A stretch of DNA of 64,000 nucleotides from Eledone cirrhosa (Eukaryota): assembly GCA_964016885.1 (NCBI GenBank), contig OZ024743.1, positions 276,086,001-276,150,000 on the forward strand. The letters run 5' to 3'. Position 1 is the first letter of the stretch; the number at the start of each line of letters is the position of its first letter. A program made the position numbers and the translations under genes. The notes under the pieces are model-generated. The model worked only from the letters and a program-made list of their open reading frames with translations. It had not been told where the DNA came from and made no database searches. Shown here piece by piece: positions 13,125-27,398 of the stretch.

Positions 13125-14187
13125 TTAAAGAGTACATATGCCTATGGAATACTCAGCCACTTATATGATTGTTTAATAAGTTCAGTTGATCGAAAAACTG
13201 AAATATTCATCTTCAAAACTAACAAAGGATCTATTCACTCACTCCATTTATTTCTCTATCTAACCTGGGGCTAAATAACAACAACAACAACAACAAAATG
13301 TATAAAATATACAAATGTACTGCAAGAGTTTTGGAGGGAATTGAATCATCAAGGTTAGATTGTGTTCCAGTTTATAATTGTTTCTCTTCAAAGAAGGACG
13401 ATTCCTGAAAGCATTAACCCTTTTTCCAAAAGGTGTTCTGTTGATAACACACACACATACAAAAAATGAGAAGAACTACATACAACCAGTGTATGTAACC
13501 ATAGCATTCACATTCAAAGTAGTTCAGATGAAGACTTTGCAGAAAATGAAAACTTATTTACTTCAACGAAGCCATTTTCAAAGCAATCATGATGCAAATT
13601 TGGTAAAAATTTTCTCCCCCAAAACGCAGTCAAGTTTGAAGCAAATAAATTAACTTTGATGCTATTAAATTCTTCTTTTTTTATTTTTTTAAGTAAAATA
13701 AAAATAAAATAAAATACACAAAAATTCCTATCTCATTGCTGAACAATTTTCACACCACTAAATACAGACTATGAGGAGAAAGATATGGCTGAGATAGAAA
13801 GACAAGGTTGGGGTGCAAAGACATTGAAACATGTCTGTAATGGGCAATAGAGGAGGGAGAAAGAGAGGGGGGAAATGGTAAGGTGTGAGTGAAGGAGGTC
13901 AGGGGTGGAAGGGGAAGGGGGGAAAAAATCAATAAATGCCAATCAAGTAATACATGACTCCAGAACAATTGAGTTCTCTTCACATTTACATTGGGGAGAG
14001 AGCTTACCATGACAGCAGCAATGGCTTTAACAGAAGAAAGGATGGTGGTGGTGGTGTTGGTGATGACCGGTAGAAGTGAAGGTGACAGTGGTGTTGTTGA
14101 TGGTGATGATAGTGATGGTGATAGTTTCAATGATGAAGGTGGTGGTGACGGTGATTAAAAATAAGTGAGATAGAGAAAGAAGGAATG

Positions 14188-14266
14188 GAGAGAGAGGTAG
14201 AGAGAGGTAGAGAGGTAGAGAGAGAGAGAGAGAGAGAGGTAGAGAGAGAGAGAGAGAGAGAGAGAG

Positions 14267-14335
<69 letters not shown>
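14188..14335. repeat. (AG)n microsatellite with GGTA interruptions
   Basis: Seen directly. Confidence 0.95.
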
Positions 14336-14337
<2 letters not shown>

Positions 14338-14411
14338 CTGACTGAAGATTCACTTTCACAACCTGCGACCACTGAAATGAACCTTTTGCAATATCCTTCA
14401 CGTCTACACAG

Positions 14412-14442
<31 letters not shown>

Positions 14443-15396
14443 TCTATTCATGCACTGACTGGGTGTTTGTTGAGGTTTGCTGCATAATGCTAGGGAGTAT
14501 GCGACCTAGCATATGGCAGTGATGAATCCAAGACTGCTGATAGTGCTAATGTTTGCTGAGAAGGGGGGAGGGGGCAAAGGGATGGAGGAGGAAATATGAA
14601 CACTGCTCGAAGATGCAGATATAAAAATGCTACCAAAACTCCCAGCATGTATTGCGTTCATCTCCCCTATTTAATAACAAGCTATAGAAAATATGAATAT
14701 AATCATGACCCAGCAGAGCAGCCGAAATATATTTCACTTCATGTGCTTTTGGCCTAGGGTTCTCTCTCTCTCTCCACCCCACCCTCTTTCTCACTATCTT
14801 TCTCTTCACCCCCTCTCTCTCTCATGCCAGTAGAGAAATGGCAAAAATCTGTTAATTTGGAAAACGCAGCAAATAAATTTAATCTCTAGTCAACACTAAC
14901 CATGCATAAAACAAACTAATTGAAAAATTATGCATTTAGCATAATTCTTGTGGAACGGTCCAACAAAAGAAGCCGTCGAATAATAGATTCCATTAACTCC
15001 TTCCCACATAGAAACGGCCGTTCTACTACATGGCCTATGTTACAATAGAAGCAAGATTACTAATCAATAGACTGGTAGGTTGCTTGTCTTTTATTTCTGA
15101 TATGAAACTGGAACCAAACTTTTTATTATTATTATTTATTTATTATCATTATTATTACTATTATTATTATCAAGATAAGCAGACTGCAGCTCTCCAAGAC
15201 CAAGATATTTTCTTCCAATAAATAATCTCACTTATCGTGTAATGGTGACTGATAACTTGCAGAGTTTTCTCTCAAACATAACAGCAATATTTGATAGGGT
15301 AGGTAGGTAGGTAGTATAGATAGATCTGTTATTAAAAACAACACTGATAGATAGGCATTCCTCGTCTAGCATGGAATAGTCAATCAATGATATGTA

Positions 15397-15463
15397 TGCG
15401 CGCGCGTGCGCGCGCGCGCGCGCGCGCGCGTGCGTGTGCGTGTGCGTGTGCGTGTGCGTGTGT

Positions 15464-15494
<31 letters not shown>

Positions 15495-15503
15495 CGTGTG
15501 CGG
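15397..15503. repeat. (CG)n/(CGTG)n/(GT)n alternating purine-pyrimidine tract
   Basis: GCGCGCG.. and GTGCGT.. runs. Confidence 0.9.
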
Positions 15504-17283
15504 TTATATACACACACAATATAGCCTAGACTGCCGATAGTGCTATTACAGAGAATAATGGCCAGTCATACTATTCATATACACATTGGACTGGATATAC
15601 CACACACCATTACAGTCAATCCTATAATAGTTCTAACAGCATTACTGGTGCGTGTGTGTGCGTGTGCACGTTTACACATACTCACACTATCAAACCAACA
15701 CGTTAATCTAGTATACAAACCCACCAACTTTATTTCCCCCCACCCTTATGGTAATTGGAATCATGTAAAAGATAGACATTTAGAAATAAATGAGACAAGG
15801 CAGACAACCACACAACTCTAGCTGTCTCTCTACATATACACCTATATACATTAATTCACCCCCCCCCCCCCCCCCCCCACACATTCATTTTATTATGGTT
15901 AAATAGTGAGTCTTTACTTTGGTATTAAGTATTCTTTTCCCTCAGTCATCAACCACATACGCGTGTGTGTATAGATAGATAGGTCCAACCCATGCCAGCT
16001 TGATAAATGGCAAAATAGTTACACCATATCCTTGTCTTATGCTGTGAGAAGTAACTAAAGGGGTTGGTGTTAGGAAAGGCATTTTACTGTAAAAACTGCC
16101 CCAAAGTTCCATCCAATCCATGCTGGCATTGAAAAGTCAATGCAAAAAAAACTAACTCACTCACAAGAGAATAGCAGATGTTTGGAACAGCTTTCAGTGT
16201 TGAAAACTCAAATATCATGCCCCGAACATCTGAGCTGTGTTTCTTCTAAAGCTATGCATATGATTTAATAATTTCATAAACAATAAAAACAAAAGCAGTG
16301 AACTAAGAGATTTGTTTATTTGATTTATTTATATAAAGATGTTTGCAAAGGTGTCTACATATTAGAAGACATAACAACAACAACAAACAGACACCTAACA
16401 TAGCTGGAGCCAGAATTATTTACATCTAAAAAAAAAATATAGAAGCATCAAAACATTGTTGTCTCAGAACTGATTAGATTAAATAGAATATAGCAGAGAG
16501 TGCATATATATATATATATATACATATATATATTTGAGCGTAATTGAATGAGTGTGTGTTTATGTGTGTCTGTAGGTGTTATTTTTGGTAGTTCTAAACT
16601 TTTATACAAATCTCAAAAGCCTATTTAAAACTGTAATGTTTGGGGTAGGAGGGGTGGGTGAAAAAAATGGAAGGGGGATCGAACAATAGGTTTTGCTCTA
16701 AACATGCTAGGCATATTTAATTCTACATGTGTCAGCACCAACAGTTGAAATGGACCTCCCTCACACACACACACCAGTCTGTCCCAATCAGAACAAACTG
16801 GACCTAACAATGATGATGATCATTATCATTTTATGGCTGTTTTCCTGAGCTGACAAGGGTTGTGCTGCCATAGGTTGCACAAGCTATTTTTTTAAGGCAG
16901 TATTTTATAACACACACACACACACACACGTGCTTTTAGTAATGCTTTGATTATAGGATTATAAGATATTGTATAAGCAGCACATAAACAGCTAGCACCT
17001 TTTGTTTAAGTTGTGTTAAAGTTTAAGACATACAGGGACAGACACACATGCGTGTGCCTGTCTGTCTGTCTTATGCACAGTTTCCATCTACCAATTTCAG
17101 TGACAAAGCTTTGGATATCAGTTCAAGTCTATATTGTAGAAAATACTTGCCCAAGATGCTCTGCAGTAGGAAAAAACCCCAAAATATGCAGTTGTGAAGC
17201 AGACTTCATCACTACACAGCTATGTATTTTGTATTTGTCGAGTACAGATAGAAAATGACACAAAACTATTTATCGTGAAGTGT

Positions 17284-17559
17284 TTATATATCTAAAACAG
17301 AGAATGTCTGTCTGTCTGACTCCCTAAAACTCGAGAACCACCCAACCGATTGTTTTCAAACTTTACACATGTAATACTTATGGCCCTGTGGGTGGTTTGA
17401 GCCAGAATAAATTTCAAATTTTCAATACCCTAGGGACCGCATTAGGCGATCTCTCTCTATAATTCTTAGTCTTTCTTTTTAGATAGATACATAGATACAA
17501 CGTTGCGCCCTTATAATATCTGTATGTATGCCTGGCTGTCTGCATTACGACAATATGAC

Positions 17560-17655
<96 letters not shown>

Positions 17656-18173
17656 CGCGCGTGCGTGCGTGCGTGCGTGTTCATGATTGATTTTTTTTTT
17701 TAGTTTCAGAAGATCCTGTTAAGGGTGAAAGCAGCGATTCTTCGCTTAAACTTTAATCTGTTATTTTAATATATATATATATAATTATATATTCGTGTAC
17801 AGATAATTTTGCATACACAATAACAAAATATAAACAAACATATTTATTTCACAAGGTTCGATAAGGATAAATATATATCAAATATATAAAAACCGTAGAG
17901 TTAATATTGTTCTCATTGCTGACGAGGCAGAAGGGGATATACACAATTGGCTGAAGAAGAACGAGACAGTGTTAGTAGTACGACCAACGGCCGCTATCAT
18001 ACAGCAGCAAAAACAACAACAAAAATTATTTGCCTATTCACCCAAGGCGACTTCAATTTTTATTAGGACTTCTGCATCAATTGGTGAACATACGACGGAA
18101 CTGTTTCAGAAAGGTGAGATAAACATGCCAATCTATGTTTAGAATCCCGAGCAATGCCAGGCCATTCTGCTAG
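17284..18173 (+). mobile_element. Non-autonomous Helitron
   Basis: 5' TATATATCTAAAA..(GTCT)n..AACCGATT head. Subterminal hairpin CCCGAGCAATGCCAGG (18146-18161) followed by CTAG|T (18170-18174). No TSD; the flanks rejoin as TTAA-MITE family B internal sequence. Confidence 0.75.
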
Positions 18174-18984
18174 TATTTATCTAAAATTTCTATCATAATT
18201 TTATGTAAAAACCTATTCCAAACACCAGCTTAATAAAGACAAAGTTAATGATATTACTAAATCCATCCATCCATCCATCCAAATTCTGAAGTATTTTTCA
18301 AAATGATTTGAAAAGCATAGGCAGTGTTTTTCCTTAGAAATATGGAAATGAAAAGATGAGTTGTTGAAATTTTTTGGAAAGTGACTAAAATAGAATTACA
18401 TAGTGAAACAAATCTTCAAATATGATGACATTATTGAAGAAATGCAAATATTATCTGGATACAGAAGGGGATGGGATAGTGAAGCATTCTGATTGGAATT
18501 GGCTGAAGTGCAGGCACCCAGTTTAGAAGAGAGGAGAGAGACAAGAGAAGGGAATAGAAGATGTGTGCGATGGGAAGGGGATTGATTTACCATACTCTGG
18601 ATTATTGAATATTCTAAAAGGGAAACATTACAGTGATGACAAACACTTATATTGTTGTGATTGCAGCTAGCATATGCAGAGATTTAGCCAGTTTCCAATG
18701 AGGCTGCATCTCATATGACACTTATTGGGTGTCGTGGTGATTGAGGATTCCCAGGCCCTATCATGTCATGATTATTATAGTGACAAAAGGCAGCATTTGA
18801 AGTTAGAAAGCACAGAGCTGGAACAGATACTGCCCAATGTTCTAACAATTCCAACAATCCACCAACCTAGATGGGTATACTATTTTGTCAACATCCAAAG
18901 GAAAAGAAAACTGACAAAGTTGAATTCAGCAAGTTGTGGAACTATAGATTCCCTTTGAACCACTAAGCCATAGGACATGTTTAA

Positions 18985-19092
18985 CCTTCAGCGTGCTGAC
19001 TTTTTTTATGAATTGCTTTCCTTGATACTATATTGTCTATTAAGGGAAGATTACTATAGTGTCACAATTTGTCACCGGCAACATGCTGAAGA
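18985..19092. mobile_element. Short TTAA MITE
   Basis: TTAA-CCTTCAGCGTG ... CATGCTGAAGA-TTAA. Confidence 0.6.
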
Positions 19093-19190
19093 TTAAGCAG
19101 GGTATTAACAAAAGATGCCAGTTGTTTATTTAACTGACCTTAGCATTGAAAGAAATACTGGAAAACATTTAATTGATACTCTTAATAATA

Positions 19191-19283
19191 ATAAAAATTG
19201 GAGCCAACATTAGGGTGGGGCCCTTACAGAAAACAACACTCCTTGGAACTGCTAAGATCCTCAGAAAAAGGCTTGACAATTGA
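19191..19283 (+). pseudogene. C-terminal fragment of an R4/Dong-like (restriction-like endonuclease) non-LTR retrotransposon ORF
   Basis: Translates IKIGANIRVGPLQKTTLLGTAKILRKRLDN*, matching the LQK..LLGTA.ILR end typical of this group. Confidence 0.6.
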
Positions 19284-21109
19284 AGGTGCCACTTCATTCC
19301 ACTGGTTGTAGACAGCTGGCACAGGAATAACATTACCAGCAACAAATGCTCCACTGTCATCATGATGCTGATGTGACTGAGCAAAGCATTTTTCAGTCGG
19401 TATTCTTTTACTGGATGCCCTTCCTCCTTACTTGATTTGGTCATCAAACCCCTGAATTGTGGGTCTTAAACAAATGCTATTAGTTGACCAAGCAGTGCCA
19501 ATGCAAGCCAAATACACACACACACACACACACACAAGTTTCCACACAGTATACATCTACTAATTTTACTCACAGTGCATTGGTCAGCCAGAGGATAAAG
19601 TAGAAACTTGCCCAAAGTGCTGAGCAACGGAATCAAACCTGGAAAAGGCACCAGTTGCCCAAGTGGTATCAATGCAGAGCAGAGGCACACACAAATGGGT
19701 TTCTACATAATTTCCATTGACCAATTTAATTTATGATGCATTAGTCAGCCAGGGACTATAGTAAAAGATGCTTGTCTGAGATGACACGTGAGGATCAAAT
19801 CCGAAACCTCATTGTTGCAAAACAAACAACTTAACCATAGAACCACATTTTGCTAATACAACACATATATAGCCACATAGCATCCACACAAATTCCATTG
19901 GTAAATAGATTAAACCATTCAGTGTTTTAGCACTGTTTGAGAAAATATTAAACTACCGTTTCTCGTGGCTATTACTGAAGAAACAAAAATGACAAGGTAG
20001 CAATGAGATGCAATCTTAATGGAAGAATGTGTAGCTCTACCTCACATTTTCTCCCCTCTTCTCTGCAAACCAACAATAACACCTCTTTACTGATTGAGTT
20101 TTTAGATAATTCTTAACGTTGGTCAATATATCATCGCTATATCTCTCTGAGCTGTTATTATTGAACAGGTAGTTTAAGTTTACAACTGACACAGGAGAAG
20201 GAGAGAGGGAAGAGGACCTATAACACAATTTATGATGTATAGAATGCTTCACTACAGCATGGCTCTATCACTATCATACACACAAAAAAGAAAAAATATA
20301 TCTGAAAAATAATATATTGAAAATTTATTAAAAGATAACCATTTAAAAAAATTCTAAAAACAAAAAATTTCATACACAATCTCACCAAAAAAATTCTAAA
20401 TAAAAAATCTCAAATTTATAAAAATTGAAATTTCAAAATTTTACACACATACATATATTTATCAACACACTCATACAAGACATCCATGTTTATAGGCAGA
20501 CATACATATACACATGTCATTAATATTGATGATAAAATAGTGAGGAAGAACTACAACAGAAAACAATTGTCACAAAAAAATAATTCACTGAACAAAATTT
20601 TGATTGTCTGGTGAAATTTTTAATCTTTTCAGAAATAATAATAAATATCTTTAAAAAAAATAAATAAATAAGAACACATATAAATATGAAAAATCTATAG
20701 TTGGTGGGGAAAATAACACTAGTATCAAAAAACTACTATGGGGTCGACTATTATGAATGGAGTCAGAACAGAAATAATATTTCATAGAGATTGGCCTCAG
20801 ATTTGTCGTGATGGAGTGAAGGAAGAGGAGGAAAGAGTTGAAGAGACTTTACTTAAACTGATATGGCAACATCATTATACAGTAATAACAACCAGATTGT
20901 GTGTGTATACAGTTTGTCAAACATGAATACACAACGCACTTCTCTACTAATATATGGGGCTATACACCATGGAAACACTAAAAAATTGATTTCTTATAAA
21001 GGCAGAAAGCCTAAAAGAGGAAAGAGAAAATGATAAATGGTATTCTCATGTGCTTCTCAAAGTATTAGTGATGCACATAAGTGGGAATGAAAACTATGTC
21101 ACAGTTAAA

Positions 21110-21428
21110 CCCTTTTAACAACAAACTGCTCCTGGTTCTACAGTATATTAACAACAAACTGCTCCTGGTTCTACAATATATTAACAACAAACTGCTCCTG
21201 GTTCTACAATATATTAACAACAAACTGCTCCTGGTTCTACAATATAAAATAACTTTTTTTCAAATGTTTAAATTTATCCAAAAGTCATCCATCATGATTT
21301 TAAAGTTACGTTCCAAACACCAAGAAATATAAGAAATTTAGATATTTTATTTTAAATTCTTGATTATTTTCAAAATTATCTCAATATTATAGACAATGTC
21401 TTTCATTAGAAATATGGTAATGAAGGAG
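21110..21428. mobile_element. TTAA MITE family B with an internal 4x33-bp tandem repeat (21115-21247)
   Basis: TTAA(A)CCCTTTT ... AAGGAG-TTAA; unit TTAACAACAAACTGCTCCTGGTTCTACAATATA; homologous to 46302-46620, 48140-48670 and 59326-59540. Confidence 0.65.
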
Positions 21429-21694
21429 TTAACACATTTAGTATTTGTAGATTGGTAAAAGGGAGCATTAGCTTTTCTGATGCACAGAGTTGTCAGACAG
21501 TATTACAAAATTCCTCATGGCATTCCTTCTGTCTTGATTTGTGCTTTCAATGCTTTCGGATTTGATAGAATAAAGTATTAGATAAACCAGAGTGGTGGAT
21601 TGGTGGAATTGTTAGAGCCCAATAATTTGGTGCCGTTAATACCACTTTCATCACAGACCAGTGGTAGGGTGTGGTTGGCATTTCAATAATAATA

Positions 21695-21886
21695 ATTCCT
21701 TCTAATATTGGCAAGAGGCCAGCAATTTTAGGAATGGGGAAAATTCAATTATATCAACCCTACTGCCCAACTGGTACTTTATTTTATCAACCCCAGAAAG
21801 ATGAAAGGGAAAGTTATCTCAGCAGGATTTGAAATTAGAACGTAAAAATCTATTGTTCAATAAGCCAACACTTCTACCAATCCACC
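21695..21886 (-). mobile_element. tRNA-derived SINE (CCTTTCATC..GGTTGAT core family), decayed
   Basis: Homologous to the 44735-44920 copy. Confidence 0.7.
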
Positions 21887-23856
21887 AAATGACCAAGATT
21901 CTAGTTGCAAAGAATATCAGTAAAGAAAAAATTCAATATAAAAGAGATTAAGCTATGCTGGAAAGCTGTTTTGTTTATACAACTGGCTTTTAAAACAAGA
22001 TAATATGAATAGTAAGCTCTGGTATTATATTATTCTGATATGAGATTTTAATATCAAGCAAAATGTAAATAAAAATACTAAGCTTCATATCAGATGATGA
22101 CAAGTTGAAAAATCTGGCACTTCATTCATATCATCAGTGTATTTGAAGATAATATTAAAATTGACTATTCAATAATTATATTAGTTAGTTCTGAGGAAAG
22201 TTGAATCAAAATAACACAAGCACACACCCAGTATTCAAAAAATTAATTAATATTGAAAGGTGTGCATCTTAAAGAGGTAGGTGAAATTGATAAATTACAT
22301 TTTGTTTCTTTTTTTCATTGCTTTTTGTACTAAGAAAAATTTAATATAAAACACATATTACTGAATTACTGCACTAAAAATAGTATTTTTTCTAATAAAA
22401 TGTCAATAACAAATAATAAATTTAAGTAATAAAAAACAACATATAGCTAACCATCTGATTCCATGCATCAATTCAACTGTGTGATCTTTGGACATAAGGT
22501 TGGTAAGATTTTTTCATTTAGCATCATGTTGGGCAACAATTCCTTGTGAGTGAAATTTGATAGATGTAAACTATATATATTTAGGACTGGTCATGTGTAA
22601 ATTTTAATGCAAACATGTGTTTCTGTGTGTATATGCATATACATATGAATGTATATATGTATGTATATGCTTATATATATATCATGTGTGTGTACAGAAT
22701 ATAATTAGTGACATATCCAGGTACATAAGTTCTGTTGGGTTATACACTAAACTCATTCAGCTTGTTATATGATATGAAAATGGCTACCTCCACAGGTAGA
22801 TTTGAGGTTTTTATAAAATACGTGAGAGTTCTTCAAGGGCAGGTAATTTCAAATTTAGCTATAAACAAAACTTAGTGTAAACGAAGGTAACAATATTTAA
22901 AAAAAAACAAACTATGTAACTCAGAAAAGTGGAATATACTCTCACAACTGGCTTCAAAGAAACACTGCTTGAATACCCACCTTGATTGCTTTCATTGCTG
23001 CCCACAGGAAGTGATGTTCATTCTGAGAAAATGGTATAGATCATACTAATTTCAAGGAATTTAATTTCCTTTGAATTACTAACTTTGCACAAGTTTCCCA
23101 CCTTTGTGTGTTGCTAGGGGGTTTATTATAGTTACCTCCATATTACCAGCAATTATTTTGTCAAATATTTCCCAGCTTACATACTAGTATATGGTAATTC
23201 AAAAGTCCACCCTTATAACACAGTGCCATGACTGATTCTACTTGAGAATTACATTAAGACTACATTTGGCTGTGGAATACTCAGCCAGTTATGCAGCACT
23301 AATTCAATGAATAAGTAGTTCAGCTGATTCAAACTAGATACTCATCAATCATGCTCAACAGGAAGATGAGTTAACCTCCATTATCATTTTATATACACAC
23401 ACTGAGAAAACTAAAATCTAATTTAGGCACTTCAGTTTTCATATAGTGCTCATAAACTCGACTACATTATGAATCAGTTGCGCACATGCACTCATATAGG
23501 TACAAATATTGAAGAGAAATTCAAGATTAACTCAATTGAATTTTTAAAAAAAAAAATTTTTTTAAATTACATTTGTTAAAATAGAAAACAAAAAAAAAAA
23601 ATCAGATTATTTAGAAAGATAATTTCAATTTAATACATAAATAAAGAATGAAATGACACACTAAAGCAAGAGAAATATTCCAGACAAGTTGAAATAATAA
23701 ATATCTCTGACGATACTAAACTATTTCTTTAAATGATCTCTAATATAATGATAGCTTTCCAACAAGTTGATATCAAAAATTGTAGAGGATTCCTGCAGGA
23801 AGACAAATTACTTTGCACCATTGTGCCCTACATTTCTACACCTAAATAATTATTAC

Positions 23857-23902
<46 letters not shown>

Positions 23903-24228
23903 AAAGATTGAGACGTTTATGTATGGGTTCTGAAAGGATAAAAACATTTAAAAAGAAACTTCTTATAGATTACCTATCATGATCATAGTACACACATACA
24001 TCCATGCATATATTCTTACATATGTAGAAATATACATATACAGATATACAGAAATAAATACGTTGATAATTTGAAGCTTTAATGAGAAACAATTTTCTTT
24101 TGCAAAAATCATTAAAAAAAAAATAAATCAAACCAAAAAGGAAAACTGTTCTCTACAATCGTTTTTCATTGACTTACCTAGCTATGGGCTCTATCAGTAA
24201 GTAAACTAGACAATCAAAAGAACCAGCT

Positions 24229-27200
24229 ATCATCATCATCAACGTTTAACGTCCGTGTTCCACGCTTGCATGGGTTTGGACGGGGGTATTCCCACTTGAG
24301 GCAAGAGTGATTGTCTTGCTCGCATAGGACTGTCTGGCAGGTTTTCTACAGTTGGATGCCCTTCCTAGCACCAACCACATTTACAGTGTGGGTCTGGAAG
24401 GTTTTTACCGTGTTGCCTACACGGCCACATTACAGCGTGGACTGTGTGTTTTTTGTCGTGACACCTACACGATCTCATTTGTTTCGGCCTGGATGGCGCG
24501 GCACCAACATAACTTTACATAGAACGGGGTGGTGTGGATGGGGTGGGGGTGGTGTATTTTGTTAGAGATGCCTACTGGCTGTAGTAGGTTTTACTATGTA
24601 TTTAGGTATGGCGGGTCTTCTCTGTTACTGAGTACCGCCAAAGGTCTCGGTCCAGTGACATTGTCTTGGAGAGGTGTAAGTGTGTGAGGTCGGAGTTTAT
24701 CAGCTCGTCCCAGGTTTTTCTAGGTCTGCCTATTCCGTGGCTACCGCCTATCTTTATTGCCCTGCACTTTGTTATACAGCTATCGACTTTCATGCGCATC
24801 ACGTGTCCAAACCAACGTAGCCTTCTCTCGAGTAGACAACATCTGATCCCTCTTATTTCTAATTTTTTCCTTAGTTCGTTTATGCTTTGCCGTTCACGTA
24901 TATTACTGTTACACATCCAGCGGAGCATGCAAGCTTCGTTCCTCTCTAGTCTGCGTATATCCTCTGCACACAATGCCCAGGCCTCACTGCCATGCAACAT
25001 TGCTGTTCGTATGCAGGCATCATACAACCTGTCTTTCATTTTTAGGGAGAACCCTTTAGCAGCTAATAGTGGTATAAGCTCTCTGAACTTTTTCCAACCA
25101 GTTCTGACTCTAGCTACTGTACTTTCAGAGCACCCTCCCCCACTGCTGATTTTGTCGCCCAGGTAACGGAAGCTGTCCACTATTTCTATAGAACCCTCTG
25201 CGCAATTGAAAGAGCTAGTATTTTGTGGGCACTTGCTGCTACTTATTGCACCAGAGCACCGGCCACATGTAAAATCTATGTTCTTAGTTAGCTTACCTGT
25301 GATCCCAATACACCTTTTATGCACCCATACCTTGCATTTGGGACATAAAACGGAGTTTCTACCTACGCCTTTCCTACACACTGAGCATGGCCATTTCCCA
25401 GAAGGGACCGCCGCCTTATTTTCTTTCCTACAAACTAGAACTTTAGTCTTAGCCAGGTTAATTTTTAGTCCTTTTGATTCTAGGCCGTGCTTCCATGTTT
25501 GGAATTTCTTCTCTAGCTCGGCCATTGATTCAGCTATGAGTGTCAGGTCGTCTGCGTATAGGAGTTCCCATGGGCAGCTGGTCTTGAACTCCTCTGTTAT
25601 AGCCTGAAGGGCAATAATAAATAGTAGGGGGCTAAGAACAGAGCCCTGATGGACGCCAACTTTTACGCTAAACTCTTCACTATATTCGTTGTTAATTCTA
25701 ACCTTGCTGACTGTTTCTTTATACATGGCTTGTATAGCTCTCACAAGCCATTCGTCAACACCTAGTTTTCTAAGAGCCCACCAGATAATGGAACGGGGGA
25801 CTCTGTCGAAGGCTTTCTCCAAGTCGACAAAAGCTAAGTAGAGGGGTTTACCTTTAGCTAGGTACTTCTCCTGTAGTTGTCGTACAATGAAAAGAGCGTC
25901 TGTGGTACTTTTGCCTGACACAAACCCGAACTGCATTTCATCTAGGTCTATTCTCTCTCTGATTAGTTGCGATATTACTTTTTCCGTGACCTTCATGACC
26001 TGGTCGATTAATTTAATGCCTCTATAGTTACTCCTATCTAGGGCATCTCCTTTACCCTTATAACAGTTAACGATGATGCTGCTATGCCAGTCCTTCGGAA
26101 CAACCCCATTCTGTAAGACTTGGTTAACTATGCGGGTGACCATGGTGTGTCCCACCGTGCCAGATGCCTTCAGCATCTCGGCAACTATTTCCGAAGGCCC
26201 AGCCGCCTTACCCGTCTTCATATCCTTAATTGCCTTACTTATTTTACTCCCCTCGACTAACACTGCTGGTCCCTCTATTGGGTCGATGTGGGGTAGACTG
26301 TCTTTCTCCCATTTATTCTCCTCATTTAGTAGCCTTTCATAGTGACACTTCCAAGCTACCTTCTTATCAGCGTCGGTGATGGCAAGTACGCCGTCATCAT
26401 TAAGTACACACTTCTCCCCGACAATATCACGGTTTTCCTTGACGCATTGCCTAGCAATCCTGAACACCTCACGTTTTTGGTCCTCGCGTTGTAGAACATG
26501 CTTGAACTTTCTTTCCTCTGCTTCCCTTCTTGCGAAGTACACTTGTCTCCTAGCTTCCCTCCTGGCCACTTGATAGTCTTCTCTACTGCCCCCCTCCCGC
26601 CATACTTTCCAAGCCTGCTTTTTGGCCTTGATTGACCCCTCTACCTTACTGTTCCACCACCATGTTACTCTCCTCCTGCCTACAGGCCTGCTCCAGCCAC
26701 AGACTTCGTCTGTCGCCATCAGCAGGTTTGCTTTCAGAAAATCCCACAGTCCCTCTATATTGTCCGACTCTAAATGCTCTTCCTTACTGTCGAAAGCATC
26801 AAGTAGTATGCTTTGAAATATATTTCTGGCTGTGGGGTCCTTTAGCTTCCATATTTTTCTCCTGAGGATAGTCCTCTTCTGCTGTCGAGTACGTCTCGTC
26901 CTGACTACGAGGTCGCTAATTATCAGTCTATGTTGGGAGGTGCATTCTTCATGGGGGAGGGATTTGGTGTTTACAACAGACACTCTGTCACGTCTTCTGG
27001 TAAGGATATAATCTACCTGGCTTGTGTGTTCCCCGGATCTATAGGTGATCAAGTGATTGTCACTTTTTTTGAAGTTAGTGTTACAGATAGTTAGGTTATT
27101 TGCGTCACAGAATTCCAGGATTCTGGAGCCTTTCTCATTTCTAGTACCAAACCCATAGACTCCATGGATTTCGTCGTAGGCGTCACAATGTTGTCCAACG

Positions 27201-27398
27201 TGACCGTTTAGGTCGCCTGCAATAATTATATAGTCACTGTCGGTTATTTGGGAGGTAGTGAGCATCAGTGTCTCATAGAATCTGTCTTTTATAGTGCCGG
27301 GCAGTCCGGACTGGGGTGCGTACGCAGATACTACTGTCACCGTAGTTCTATTGAGGACAAGTCATATTTTAATTATTCTGTCGTTCACTGTATTTACG

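Noticed and set aside
21081-21332. ORF with an 11-aa repeat NNKLLLVLQYI
   Set aside because: Arises from a 33-bp duplication within a TTAA MITE.
24666-26865. Plus-strand ORFs overlapping the RTE ORF (and minus-strand ORFs at 30464-31576)
   Set aside because: Antisense shadows of LINE ORF2 with no independent motifs.
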